64,000 nt of DNA, taken from IMG/VR virus record IMGVR_UViG_3300020046_005360; one strand, 5' to 3'. This stretch comes from a virus (lineage: Duplodnaviria; Caudoviricetes). Of the stretch, positions 49,796-58,420 are shown one piece after another. The notes beneath the pieces were generated by a model. It was not told the DNA's origin. It did no database searches and saw nothing but the letters and a program-made list of their open reading frames with translations. Positions within the stretch are counted from its first letter, which is position 1; every line of letters begins with the position of its first letter. The position numbers and the translations under genes were made by a program.

Positions 49796-51436
49796 TTAGA
49801 TTGAGTTCAAGTCTGCGACCAGAATTTTACCATAGAACTCAGGACGAACCATTTTCTTAGCGTATCTTGTCATAATACCTTTCCTAGGTGTAAATGTTTC
49901 AGGATCGTATACTAATGGAGTAGTCATTACTGGAATATATGGTGCATATACAGCTCCAGTTTCCAAGAATTGATTACCTTTGAATCCCATTAATATCGTA
50001 TTCTCAGTCATATATGGGTTTTTGTAAACTTTATAACGAGAATTAATAGCTCCTACTTTTTGTACACCGAATGCGTAAGATGATTTTTCAACACTACCAT
50101 CTGTATCTGCTGCAAATCCGGGGATTGATTCAAGTACAGTAGCAACTGTTGGAGATACTACCATGAAGTTAGCACCACCTCTTAAAGTTTTCTGATGGAT
50201 TGCATTAGAAACTTTTTGCATTTTAATACCTAGTGTTTGGAACCAAGACATTTTAGTGTAATATAAACCTGCGTTATTTACATTTGTAAATCCACTTCCA
50301 GTATAATCTTGACCTACTTTAGCTGACCAATATTCTGTTGTTGGAGCGTTTTGGATTAACATATCCAAGATTTCCATATCAATCTCTAGTGAGATGTATT
50401 CTGACATTAAACCAGTAACCTCAGCCTCAGCATCGATTGATTGGAATGCATTTAAATCTTGAGAGAACTCTGGAGTCCAGCTTGCTTTTAATTTTTTAGT
50501 TTTAGCAGCAATTGTATCAGATTTCATTTGGATATTGAATTCTGGGATAACGATATCTGTTGCAGAAGCAGCATTAGGAATTGAGAATGTACCTGCTGTA
50601 CTATCTTCATAATCACCTCTGTTATTATCTTTAGTTTGTTTATTATATAAAACTGAAGCTGCTGTTAAAGTAACTGAACCAGTATAGTAGAAATCTACTG
50701 TACCTGCAGCTGTTAATCTTGTATAATTTTGTAATAAGTTTACTGGATTAACACCTGAACCTGATACTACAAACGCTCTTACTCCGTTTACATCAAATGA
50801 TGTTAATGAAGAAGTTGCTACTGAAACTTTATAGATTTGACCTGCAGCAATAGAAGCTGATACAGCTGAATCATAATTTACATCTGCTAATGTAAGTGAA
50901 GATGATGCTACAGTTCCTGAAAATACTCCAGAAGCTGATGCTATTGCGAATTGGTTAGTTGAGTAACCAAACTTACCTGCACCATATAAACCACCATCTG
51001 CGTCATTTGAGAAGATATTATTTTGGCTGTTTTTACCATATAATGAATCTCCTGCGTTAAATGGGGATTTTGTGTTACCATATTGGAAATCTAAGAAGAA
51101 GATTAAACCTGCTGGTAAAGACATTGGTTGAACAGAAACGAATTCTTTAGCGGCGATTTGACCAAATACTTTACGTACTAATGGTAATGCAACGGCTGCG
51201 TATTGTTCTCCATTACCTGCTGTGAATGTAGCTCCACCTTGGTTTGTTGTATTGCTCTCTCTTACTAATTGCTTAGCTTGATTTTCTAGCAACTGAGCCA
51301 TGTGTGCTTTTTCTGTGGTATTTTCGATACCTTCTAATAGACCTGATTTGGCCCATTTACCTGCTAATTTCATAGCTCCAGTTAATTGAGCTTGATATGG
51401 ATCTGCAGATTCTAATAATTGTTGTACTACTGACAT
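49796..51436 (-). CDS. major capsid protein (gp23-like)
   Basis: LLENQ, LVRK, VQPM..P.GLIF, KLKASWTPE..QDL, YAPYIP, F.P..GIMTRYA. Confidence 0.97.
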   Translation of the reverse strand: MSVVQQLLESADPYQAQLTGAMKLAGKWAKSGLLEGIENTTEKAHMAQLLENQAKQLVRESNTTNQGGATFTAGNGEQYAAVALPLVRKVFGQIAAKEFVSVQPMSLPAGLIFFLDFQYGNTKSPFNAGDSLYGKNSQNNIFSNDADGGLYGAGKFGYSTNQFAIASASGVFSGTVASSSLTLADVNYDSAVSASIAAGQIYKVSVATSSLTSFDVNGVRAFVVSGSGVNPVNLLQNYTRLTAAGTVDFYYTGSVTLTAASVLYNKQTKDNNRGDYEDSTAGTFSIPNAASATDIVIPEFNIQMKSDTIAAKTKKLKASWTPEFSQDLNAFQSIDAEAEVTGLMSEYISLEIDMEILDMLIQNAPTTEYWSAKVGQDYTGSGFTNVNNAGLYYTKMSWFQTLGIKMQKVSNAIHQKTLRGGANFMVVSPTVATVLESIPGFAADTDGSVEKSSYAFGVQKVGAINSRYKVYKNPYMTENTILMGFKGNQFLETGAVYAPYIPVMTTPLVYDPETFTPRKGIMTRYAKKMVRPEFYGKILVADLNSI

Positions 51437-51462
51437 AGGTTTTGTTTAATTATATTTTATTT

Positions 51463-52566
51463 TTATTTTACGATACCAGCTAATTGTTGCATTCTAAGTA
51501 CAAAATCACTTTCTTGTGTTGTTACTTGTTCGTTTAATGCTCTTGGAGAAGAACCCGCTGGTCTTGAAGCGCTTCCTCTGTTTTCTCTTAATTGAGTAGT
51601 TGGCGTTGTGATTAGAGATTCTTTTAATGTTAAGAAAATATTCTTAGTTTCATTAATATTTCTTCCTCTGTCTAATGCATTAACTACTTTTACTTTTTGA
51701 GATTCTGTTAAATTTTTAGCTTTAAATATTTTATTTACATATAAAAGTTTAGAATTTAACAAATTCATTTCATTAAGTGATTTTCTTTGTTCTGCTATCA
51801 CTTTTTTAGCCTCTTGGAGTTCAGTTGATTCTGCTCTTAATGCGGATCCGGCTGCTGATCCTCCTGCGGCTAATTCTGCTTTAATTTTAGCTAATACTTT
51901 AGGTCCGGCTTTTTTGATCATTGCAATGATATTATCTAATCCAGCGGCTGCTGTATTTGCAGGATCAATTGATCCACCACCCATTTCAGATAAAACTTCA
52001 TCTAAATTAATATCTTCTTCTTCACTTTCTTCTGACTCAGGTTCAAATTCTACTTCACCTTCATCTTCAAATTCTCCTTCAGGCTCTTCTTCACTTAATT
52101 CTAGTTGAACTTGACGAATAATATCTTTAAGTTCATCCACTGTAATTTCACCTACAACATCATCACCTTCAGCGTCTTCTTCTAATTCTAAACCTTCTGC
52201 TCTTAGTGCCGTACCTGCTGCTGCTCCTCCTGCTTCTAATTCTTTTTTAATTTTAGCTAAGATACCTGGAGTTTTTGCTGCTGCTCCTTTAATCATTGAG
52301 ATTAAATTATCCAATCCAGCTGCTGCTGCACCAGAAGGTTCTTGCATCGCTTCATCAACGGCTCCTTCTTGTCCTTCTAATTCGTTAAGTAATTCATCTA
52401 AAGATACTTCTGATTCTTCTTCCATTTCATTTAATTGGCTTGAAAGCATACTTTTAATTTGTGGGGCGAACGATTCAGCCATAGCTAATTTAGCATTACT
52501 AAATGCGGTTTCTCTAATTTCTTTTGCTTCTGCTACTGCGTCTGCAAAAAGTTTTGGTTTTGACAT
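51463..52566 (-). CDS. prohead core/scaffold protein (gp22-like)
   Basis: Acidic, many L-x-E sites, between protease and MCP; ends RMQQLAGIVK. Confidence 0.8.
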   Translation of the reverse strand: MSKPKLFADAVAEAKEIRETAFSNAKLAMAESFAPQIKSMLSSQLNEMEEESEVSLDELLNELEGQEGAVDEAMQEPSGAAAAGLDNLISMIKGAAAKTPGILAKIKKELEAGGAAAGTALRAEGLELEEDAEGDDVVGEITVDELKDIIRQVQLELSEEEPEGEFEDEGEVEFEPESEESEEEDINLDEVLSEMGGGSIDPANTAAAGLDNIIAMIKKAGPKVLAKIKAELAAGGSAAGSALRAESTELQEAKKVIAEQRKSLNEMNLLNSKLLYVNKIFKAKNLTESQKVKVVNALDRGRNINETKNIFLTLKESLITTPTTQLRENRGSASRPAGSSPRALNEQVTTQESDFVLRMQQLAGIVK

Positions 52567-52761
52567 TAAAATTTATTTTGATTTTTGATTACTTATTGAG
52601 AAAGTAATATAGGAAGTGTTTATTGAGGGAGATCATAATAAGGAATGATCTATCTTATAGTCATAAATATATAAAAAGAGTTCAAAAACAAAAGAAAGGA
52701 AAAAGAAACGCATCCCTTTTGAGGATGCGTCAATCTATAAATACTATTTATAGGGTGGTTA

Positions 52762-53382
52762 TTATCTTAAGCAGCACATTCCTGTCTGAGAGCAAACAAT
52801 TTCTGATATTATTTCGTTTAATTTATCGTATTTAGAATTAGTTTTTGGTATATAATTTTCATTAAGACCTAAAGGTTTAACGAATGCTCCTTGTGTTGAT
52901 GGTTCTGATACTATATCCCAACAAACTAAAGAAAGGTCGTCTTGAACTTCTACAGTACCTTCACCTAAACTTTGCACTGAACCCATAGCTCTAGATGATA
53001 TACCTATTTGCACTCCACCTTTTACTAATGCTTTTACTATATTACCTGAAGGGGTGTCTAATATTAAAAGCTTAGCTTTTACATCATCTCCATCCCACCA
53101 AACCTCTGTTATTCTGTGGCAAACGTTTTTTAAATTGACAACTTGACTATCAGGGTGATCTAATTCTCCTGTTGCTCTATTTTCAACAACGGGACCATTT
53201 TTATAGTTTTCAATTTCTCTTTCAAGTATATTTTTGGGGTAAATCCTTCCATTTTGATTTTTAGCATCAGCACGTTGAATAATACCTTCAAGAATTAAAT
53301 CACCACTATTATGTTTAATACTCTCATTAATAGATTTAGGGTCGAGTTTAAGTGGAAAGTGTTCTATTAATAATTGCTTCAT
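52762..53382 (-). CDS. prohead protease (gp21-like)
   Basis: NQNGRIYP, GELDHP, GISSRAMGS, DIVSEPS. Confidence 0.93.
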   Translation of the reverse strand: MKQLLIEHFPLKLDPKSINESIKHNSGDLILEGIIQRADAKNQNGRIYPKNILEREIENYKNGPVVENRATGELDHPDSQVVNLKNVCHRITEVWWDGDDVKAKLLILDTPSGNIVKALVKGGVQIGISSRAMGSVQSLGEGTVEVQDDLSLVCWDIVSEPSTQGAFVKPLGLNENYIPKTNSKYDKLNEIISEIVCSQTGMCCLR

Positions 53383-54620
53383 TATACTCTACTTTTAGTT
53401 AATTGAACGCCTTTAGTTCTAGCATTATTTATTATACCAGCAGCTTCATTATCATCTTTAGCATATTGAACATTACCCGCTTTATCTTTTACCACAACAG
53501 CTTCTTCCATACCATATTTACCACTTGTAATTTTATTTAATTCAGTAGCAATTTCATCTAAGACATCATCATCTTCTAAATCATGTTCAGTTAATCCCCA
53601 ATCTTCAACTATTTGTCCTACAATTTTTCTTTGTTGAGGAGTTAATTCATCTAAATCTAATTCAGGAGCTCTTTCACAATCAGAACATTCTTCTCCTTCT
53701 AAATCCTCTTTTAAACTATTCATTAGTTTATACATTTCAGGAACATCATCTTCCTCCCAAATTTCCATATCTATCATATAATCTACCAAATCATCCCAAC
53801 TATTTATAGATAAGACATCTTCATCTTCATTTTCTTGCGAAATTAAATTTTTAAAATTTTGAAACTTTAAAGGATTATTTACTTTTATTTCTTTTAATTT
53901 TTTATTTTGACTTATAAGTTGTTTTCCCCCTGCTTGTTGATTATTATTAAATGTAAATAATATATCTCCTTCATAACCATCTTCTATATTTTCTATTTTT
54001 ACATCATAAGGTTTTCCTAATCGTACTCCAAGTATTCTATCCCCAATTTGAACTTTAGAAGGATCAAAATCTGGTATATATTTATTTAATTTCCATATCT
54101 TGTTGGGGGTATTTACTTTTATTTCTTTTAATTTTTTTAATTGATTTGGAGCAGTAAAGTCTTTTTTTAATTCTTCTGGTCTAAGATTTTCTTTCTCTGT
54201 TTTTTTCTCAGCATCAGAATAACATTTTTTAGTGTAGTAGTAAGGGTCAGAAGTAAGATTTTTTAATACTTTACGTTGTGTTGAAACCATTTCTTCTTCT
54301 GTAGGCATGTTTTGACCAACAGCAAGTTGAGTTAATTCCAATTCATAGTTGATTCCTTTTCCATATTCGTATGGTGAAACTTGGTCAATCGTAAAAGATT
54401 CAATTTCTGGTAGTTTAGGATTTTTATCTGCTTTATATTTTGGGACTAAATCCTTATTTTCGGTAATAATAGATTTTGATTTTAGAATTTGAATGGTGTC
54501 TTTCAACGAGTTAAATTTAGTAATCATAGGAAGTCTAGGATCACGACGTACTTCGTAAAGGAATTTTTCTTCGCTTATAATACCCTGTACTAATTGATTA
54601 TATAGTGTTTGTGCTGTCAT
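53382..54620 (-). CDS. head-region protein containing two EIKVNxP modules
   Basis: KNL..DPYYY; LKEIKVNTP, LKEIKVNNP. Confidence 0.6.
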   Translation of the reverse strand: MTAQTLYNQLVQGIISEEKFLYEVRRDPRLPMITKFNSLKDTIQILKSKSIITENKDLVPKYKADKNPKLPEIESFTIDQVSPYEYGKGINYELELTQLAVGQNMPTEEEMVSTQRKVLKNLTSDPYYYTKKCYSDAEKKTEKENLRPEELKKDFTAPNQLKKLKEIKVNTPNKIWKLNKYIPDFDPSKVQIGDRILGVRLGKPYDVKIENIEDGYEGDILFTFNNNQQAGGKQLISQNKKLKEIKVNNPLKFQNFKNLISQENEDEDVLSINSWDDLVDYMIDMEIWEEDDVPEMYKLMNSLKEDLEGEECSDCERAPELDLDELTPQQRKIVGQIVEDWGLTEHDLEDDDVLDEIATELNKITSGKYGMEEAVVVKDKAGNVQYAKDDNEAAGIINNARTKGVQLTKSRV

Positions 54621-55615
54621 TTATTTTTGGTTTATTATTTTATTCAAATCTGAAATTAAATCTTTTTTATCTTGATTATCTAATTCTTCCCACCATTGTC
54701 CTTGGTCTGCAAAAGTAGGGTACCCATACATTTCGAGAGTATTATCAGTTTCTTTTTCACTTACTTTATCCCCATCATCATTAATTTACGTAAATCCTCA
54801 AGTTCTAAAGTGACTATATTAGGGTTATTTATTTTTATCTCGTTTATTTTAGAAATATTTGAAAATGCTTCTTTTAGTTTATTCTGAATTTTATATAATG
54901 AATCTTTAGTACGTTTTAGATATTCTATTTCCTGATCATTTTCCTGTAATTCACCTTTAATACGAGTAGTAAATTCAATAAGACGATTTACTTCATCTAA
55001 TTTTAATTGTATCTCTTTTATCGCGCGATGAAGGATTTCTCTTGGTTTAGGTTTAGAAGTAGATTTTTTAAATTGGGTGTAACGAGATTCTGATAGTGTA
55101 TTTTTTATTTGTAATGATTTGTTATTTTGTTGTAACCAATTTAATATCTTATTAACATCATTGGATTCGAATTCTGGTTCTGTTGTATAATCGTCTCCCG
55201 GTTTATTGAAATCGTAAATCTCAAATTCTCCATCAAATTGGTTTAAATCTTTATATCTTCTTATGACAATATTATCTTCTAAAAATATTTCACCTTGATC
55301 TTTTAGATTTAAAATAGCGTCTTTTAATTCTTGATTATTTGGATTATTAATTTTGATTTCTTCCAAATGTTCTCCTTTCCACAAATCTTTACTATTTAAT
55401 CTATCTTTAGGGTCAACTATTTTAAACTTCATAGTTTTAGTATACATGTTTGGTTTAGGAGATGATTCGAATCCTGTTGGTGAGTTTTTATCTTTTTTGG
55501 TTGGTTTACGGAATGCTTTTTTAGTTAAATACCCTCCTGCGTCACCTGATGTAGATGTCTCTAGTAATTCACGGCAGTAGGCCTTGATTGAGGATTTTAA
55601 AATTTTATTATCCAC
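54621..55615 (-). CDS. head-region protein with two EIKINNP modules; apparent 1-nt frameshift near 54786
   Basis: ORF stops at 54761, but the -1 frame continues INDDGDKVSEKE...NQK* to abut the next ATG. Confidence 0.6.
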
Positions 55616-56457
55616 TATAGTCTAGATATTTCTTTATTTAACTCAGTGTATTGAAGTAATGATACAACATAGTCGTCTTTCATTTTTTTAGATTCAAGAA
55701 TAGGGTCAATTAAACTAATTATCTCATTTACTTTTATAGTAACAACTTGATCATCAATTTTTGATCTGTTTTCTATTAAGTCTGATTTTAGTTTATTGAA
55801 TTCTTTATTTATAAATTCTTTTAAAAATGAAGAGTTTGATATATTGTTGATATATGTTTTAAGTATATTCTTTTGATTTTTATCTAACCCATCATATTTC
55901 TCGTTGAATTTTTCTAACATCACAGTATAGACTAGATGTCTTTCACCTTTCTCAAGATGAGATAATTCTTGATAAATTTGAGTTTCATTCTCTAATTTTT
56001 GTTCAACCAAATAATCAATTATATTATCTTTAGAAGATATTAATATATTAGGGTTTGGATTATCAACAAAATTGGATTCTATTAAAGTATATATTGAAGC
56101 CAATACTTTATAATTATCTAAAGATGCTTTAAAGAAATCTTCGATATCATATGAATTTTTTATCTCTTTAATTAAATTATATTTTTCACTATTTAATTTC
56201 TTTCTATCTAAACGTGAAGACAATTCTGATATCGTATTAATTACATTATTAGCTTTACTTTCTGTTAGATTTTGGGAGCTTATTAAAGTTTGGTATAATC
56301 TATTTTCTTTAGATATTTCTGTATTGGTAAAATATTTTTTTAAAATACCGATAGCCTTAGACTCGTTTGTAGTAATAGTTTCGTTTGTGATTTTTCTTAC
56401 TAGGAGTTCAAATAATATTCCAGAATTTTTGTACTTACTATGGGATATTTTATTCAT
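55615..56457 (-). CDS. conserved head-cluster protein
   Basis: HSKYKNSGILFELLVR, EKYNLIKEIK, FNEKY; follows the portal. Confidence 0.65.
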   Translation of the reverse strand: MNKISHSKYKNSGILFELLVRKITNETITTNESKAIGILKKYFTNTEISKENRLYQTLISSQNLTESKANNVINTISELSSRLDRKKLNSEKYNLIKEIKNSYDIEDFFKASLDNYKVLASIYTLIESNFVDNPNPNILISSKDNIIDYLVEQKLENETQIYQELSHLEKGERHLVYTVMLEKFNEKYDGLDKNQKNILKTYINNISNSSFLKEFINKEFNKLKSDLIENRSKIDDQVVTIKVNEIISLIDPILESKKMKDDYVVSLLQYTELNKEISRL

Positions 56458-56482
56458 TAATATATCAATTTACTTATAAATA

Positions 56483-58396
56483 TTAGATTATTTGGTCTTC
56501 ATTTAAGATATTATCCTCATTTAACATATTACTTTCTTCAAATAATTTAGTTTTACGGGGAGGAAATATATCTTTATTTTTGGCATACACAGAATATGTA
56601 TTTTCTAATCTTAATTCACCTTTTTTAGTTGGAGGATTTAAACTATCTCCATCACTATTATCTTTTTTCATACCATACGAACCTGTACGATCTTTTCCTA
56701 ACCCACTTTCTTGAGTGTTATAAGTTGAAGCGTGTTCTTTAGGTCTACCTAAAATAGCATCAGGTACTACGTCAGATTCAGGATCATATCCTTTAGGTAC
56801 ACCACCACTTCCAGGATATCTATTTTTTGGTTGTAAAGAGGCTAAATGTGCTGGAGTTCCATATACTTCATTACTTTCATTCGGATCGTTCCCTTCACTT
56901 TCAATTTGAGATATTCTAAACTTACGTTTTTTATCTTCAATAATAAGATCTCTATATTCCTCATATTGATTTTGAGAAAAGTGGAAAATATTATCGTAAA
57001 CCCAATCTGATGGTACTAAATTATTCTCAAGCAATGTAACAGCTAAATCTGCTTTTTCTTTAAGTAGTGCTGTTCTTTCTTGGTCATAAATTATAGAAGG
57101 AGTAGTTAAGGATAAGGTAAAATTAGTTAATGCTTCACCATCATATCCTTGGGCATATAAATGCACTAAAGCTATTTTAGTTAATTCAGATACTAATATT
57201 TTTTGTATACGTTCTACTGTACGAGCAAATCTAATATCTTCTGCAGCAAGTGTACTTTTACCACTTAAATCTTTTTCATATCCAAAATAAGCTTTTGGAA
57301 CTTTTAATGCAGCAAACAATTTATCTCTAAGGTAATTGATATCATCAATAGCCATATATTCAAGGCCTTTTGTAGTATCAATTTTAGTTGCAGTATCATT
57401 ACCCCTTACCGGAATATAGAAATCTTCTAATATATTTTGTATATTATATTTTAAATTATATTCTCCCGTTTTAGGATCAACATATGGAGTTTTTTTCATC
57501 TTATTGATGGTTTTCTGCATATATTGTTCTACCTCATTAGGTGGGATATTACCAACATTTATAAAGAATGTTCTTTTTTCAGGAGCTCTAACTATTCTAT
57601 GAATAAGCATAGCATCCTCCATCAATGTAAGTTGTTTAAATATTTTACGAGCAGGTTCAAGATAACTACGTCCATAAGGAAGATAATTATAATCCGCTAA
57701 TAGGCGGAAATGAGCCATCTCATAATTTTTGAACTCTTGTTTATCACCATTTAAATTATTATAAGCTTGATGACCATATGGAGATTGTTGTGTGGCGTAA
57801 GTAGGATCATATACAAATTTTACTTCCATAGGATTTTCAGGGTTTTCACCTTCTAATCTTACTATAGTATATGATGAATATGGTATAACATTATATACAC
57901 CATACTTTTCTGATATTTCTAATTTAAGATAAAAATCACCATATTTACACATATTTCTAGTCCACGACCATAAATTGAATTCTATATTTAAAATATCATA
58001 AAATAGATTGTATAATATTTTTTGCATAGTTTCATCTGAACTACGTATTTGTAAAGTTTCTCCAAAATCATTTCGTAAAGATACTTCATCTGATATTATA
58101 TCCAGAGTAGAAGCTATAATAGAATCAGTATCCATAGCTTCATAATCAGTATATAACTGTACTCTTGTTGTTGGGACTTGATTTATACTATTATATTGGT
58201 TTCTTCCAGATGTAGTGTAAATTTTGTTATATCTATCGTGTTGGGAATTTGTAACTAATTCTCCTTGTTTTTGGACATCATTAATATCCACAACTTTAAG
58301 TTGGTTACCTCCTGTATTGTGAAGTACTACATCTGTAGAGAATAATTTCTCTATTTTTTGAAAAAACGTCTTATTTTGTTTTGGAGTTTCTTCCAT
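56483..58396 (-). CDS. portal protein (gp20-like)
   Basis: LMEDAMLIHRIVRAPEKR, VGNIP, EDFYIPVR, ALKVP, EDIRFAR. Confidence 0.96.
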   Translation of the reverse strand: MEETPKQNKTFFQKIEKLFSTDVVLHNTGGNQLKVVDINDVQKQGELVTNSQHDRYNKIYTTSGRNQYNSINQVPTTRVQLYTDYEAMDTDSIIASTLDIISDEVSLRNDFGETLQIRSSDETMQKILYNLFYDILNIEFNLWSWTRNMCKYGDFYLKLEISEKYGVYNVIPYSSYTIVRLEGENPENPMEVKFVYDPTYATQQSPYGHQAYNNLNGDKQEFKNYEMAHFRLLADYNYLPYGRSYLEPARKIFKQLTLMEDAMLIHRIVRAPEKRTFFINVGNIPPNEVEQYMQKTINKMKKTPYVDPKTGEYNLKYNIQNILEDFYIPVRGNDTATKIDTTKGLEYMAIDDINYLRDKLFAALKVPKAYFGYEKDLSGKSTLAAEDIRFARTVERIQKILVSELTKIALVHLYAQGYDGEALTNFTLSLTTPSIIYDQERTALLKEKADLAVTLLENNLVPSDWVYDNIFHFSQNQYEEYRDLIIEDKKRKFRISQIESEGNDPNESNEVYGTPAHLASLQPKNRYPGSGGVPKGYDPESDVVPDAILGRPKEHASTYNTQESGLGKDRTGSYGMKKDNSDGDSLNPPTKKGELRLENTYSVYAKNKDIFPPRKTKLFEESNMLNEDNILNEDQII

Positions 58397-58420
58397 ATTT
58401 ATTTTATAATTTATTTAATT

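Noticed and set aside
19837-55360. EIKVNNP-encoding DNA as an integron-like recombination site or CRISPR-like repeat
   Set aside because: Third codon positions vary freely, there is no palindrome or regular spacing, and no integrase or cas gene is in the window.
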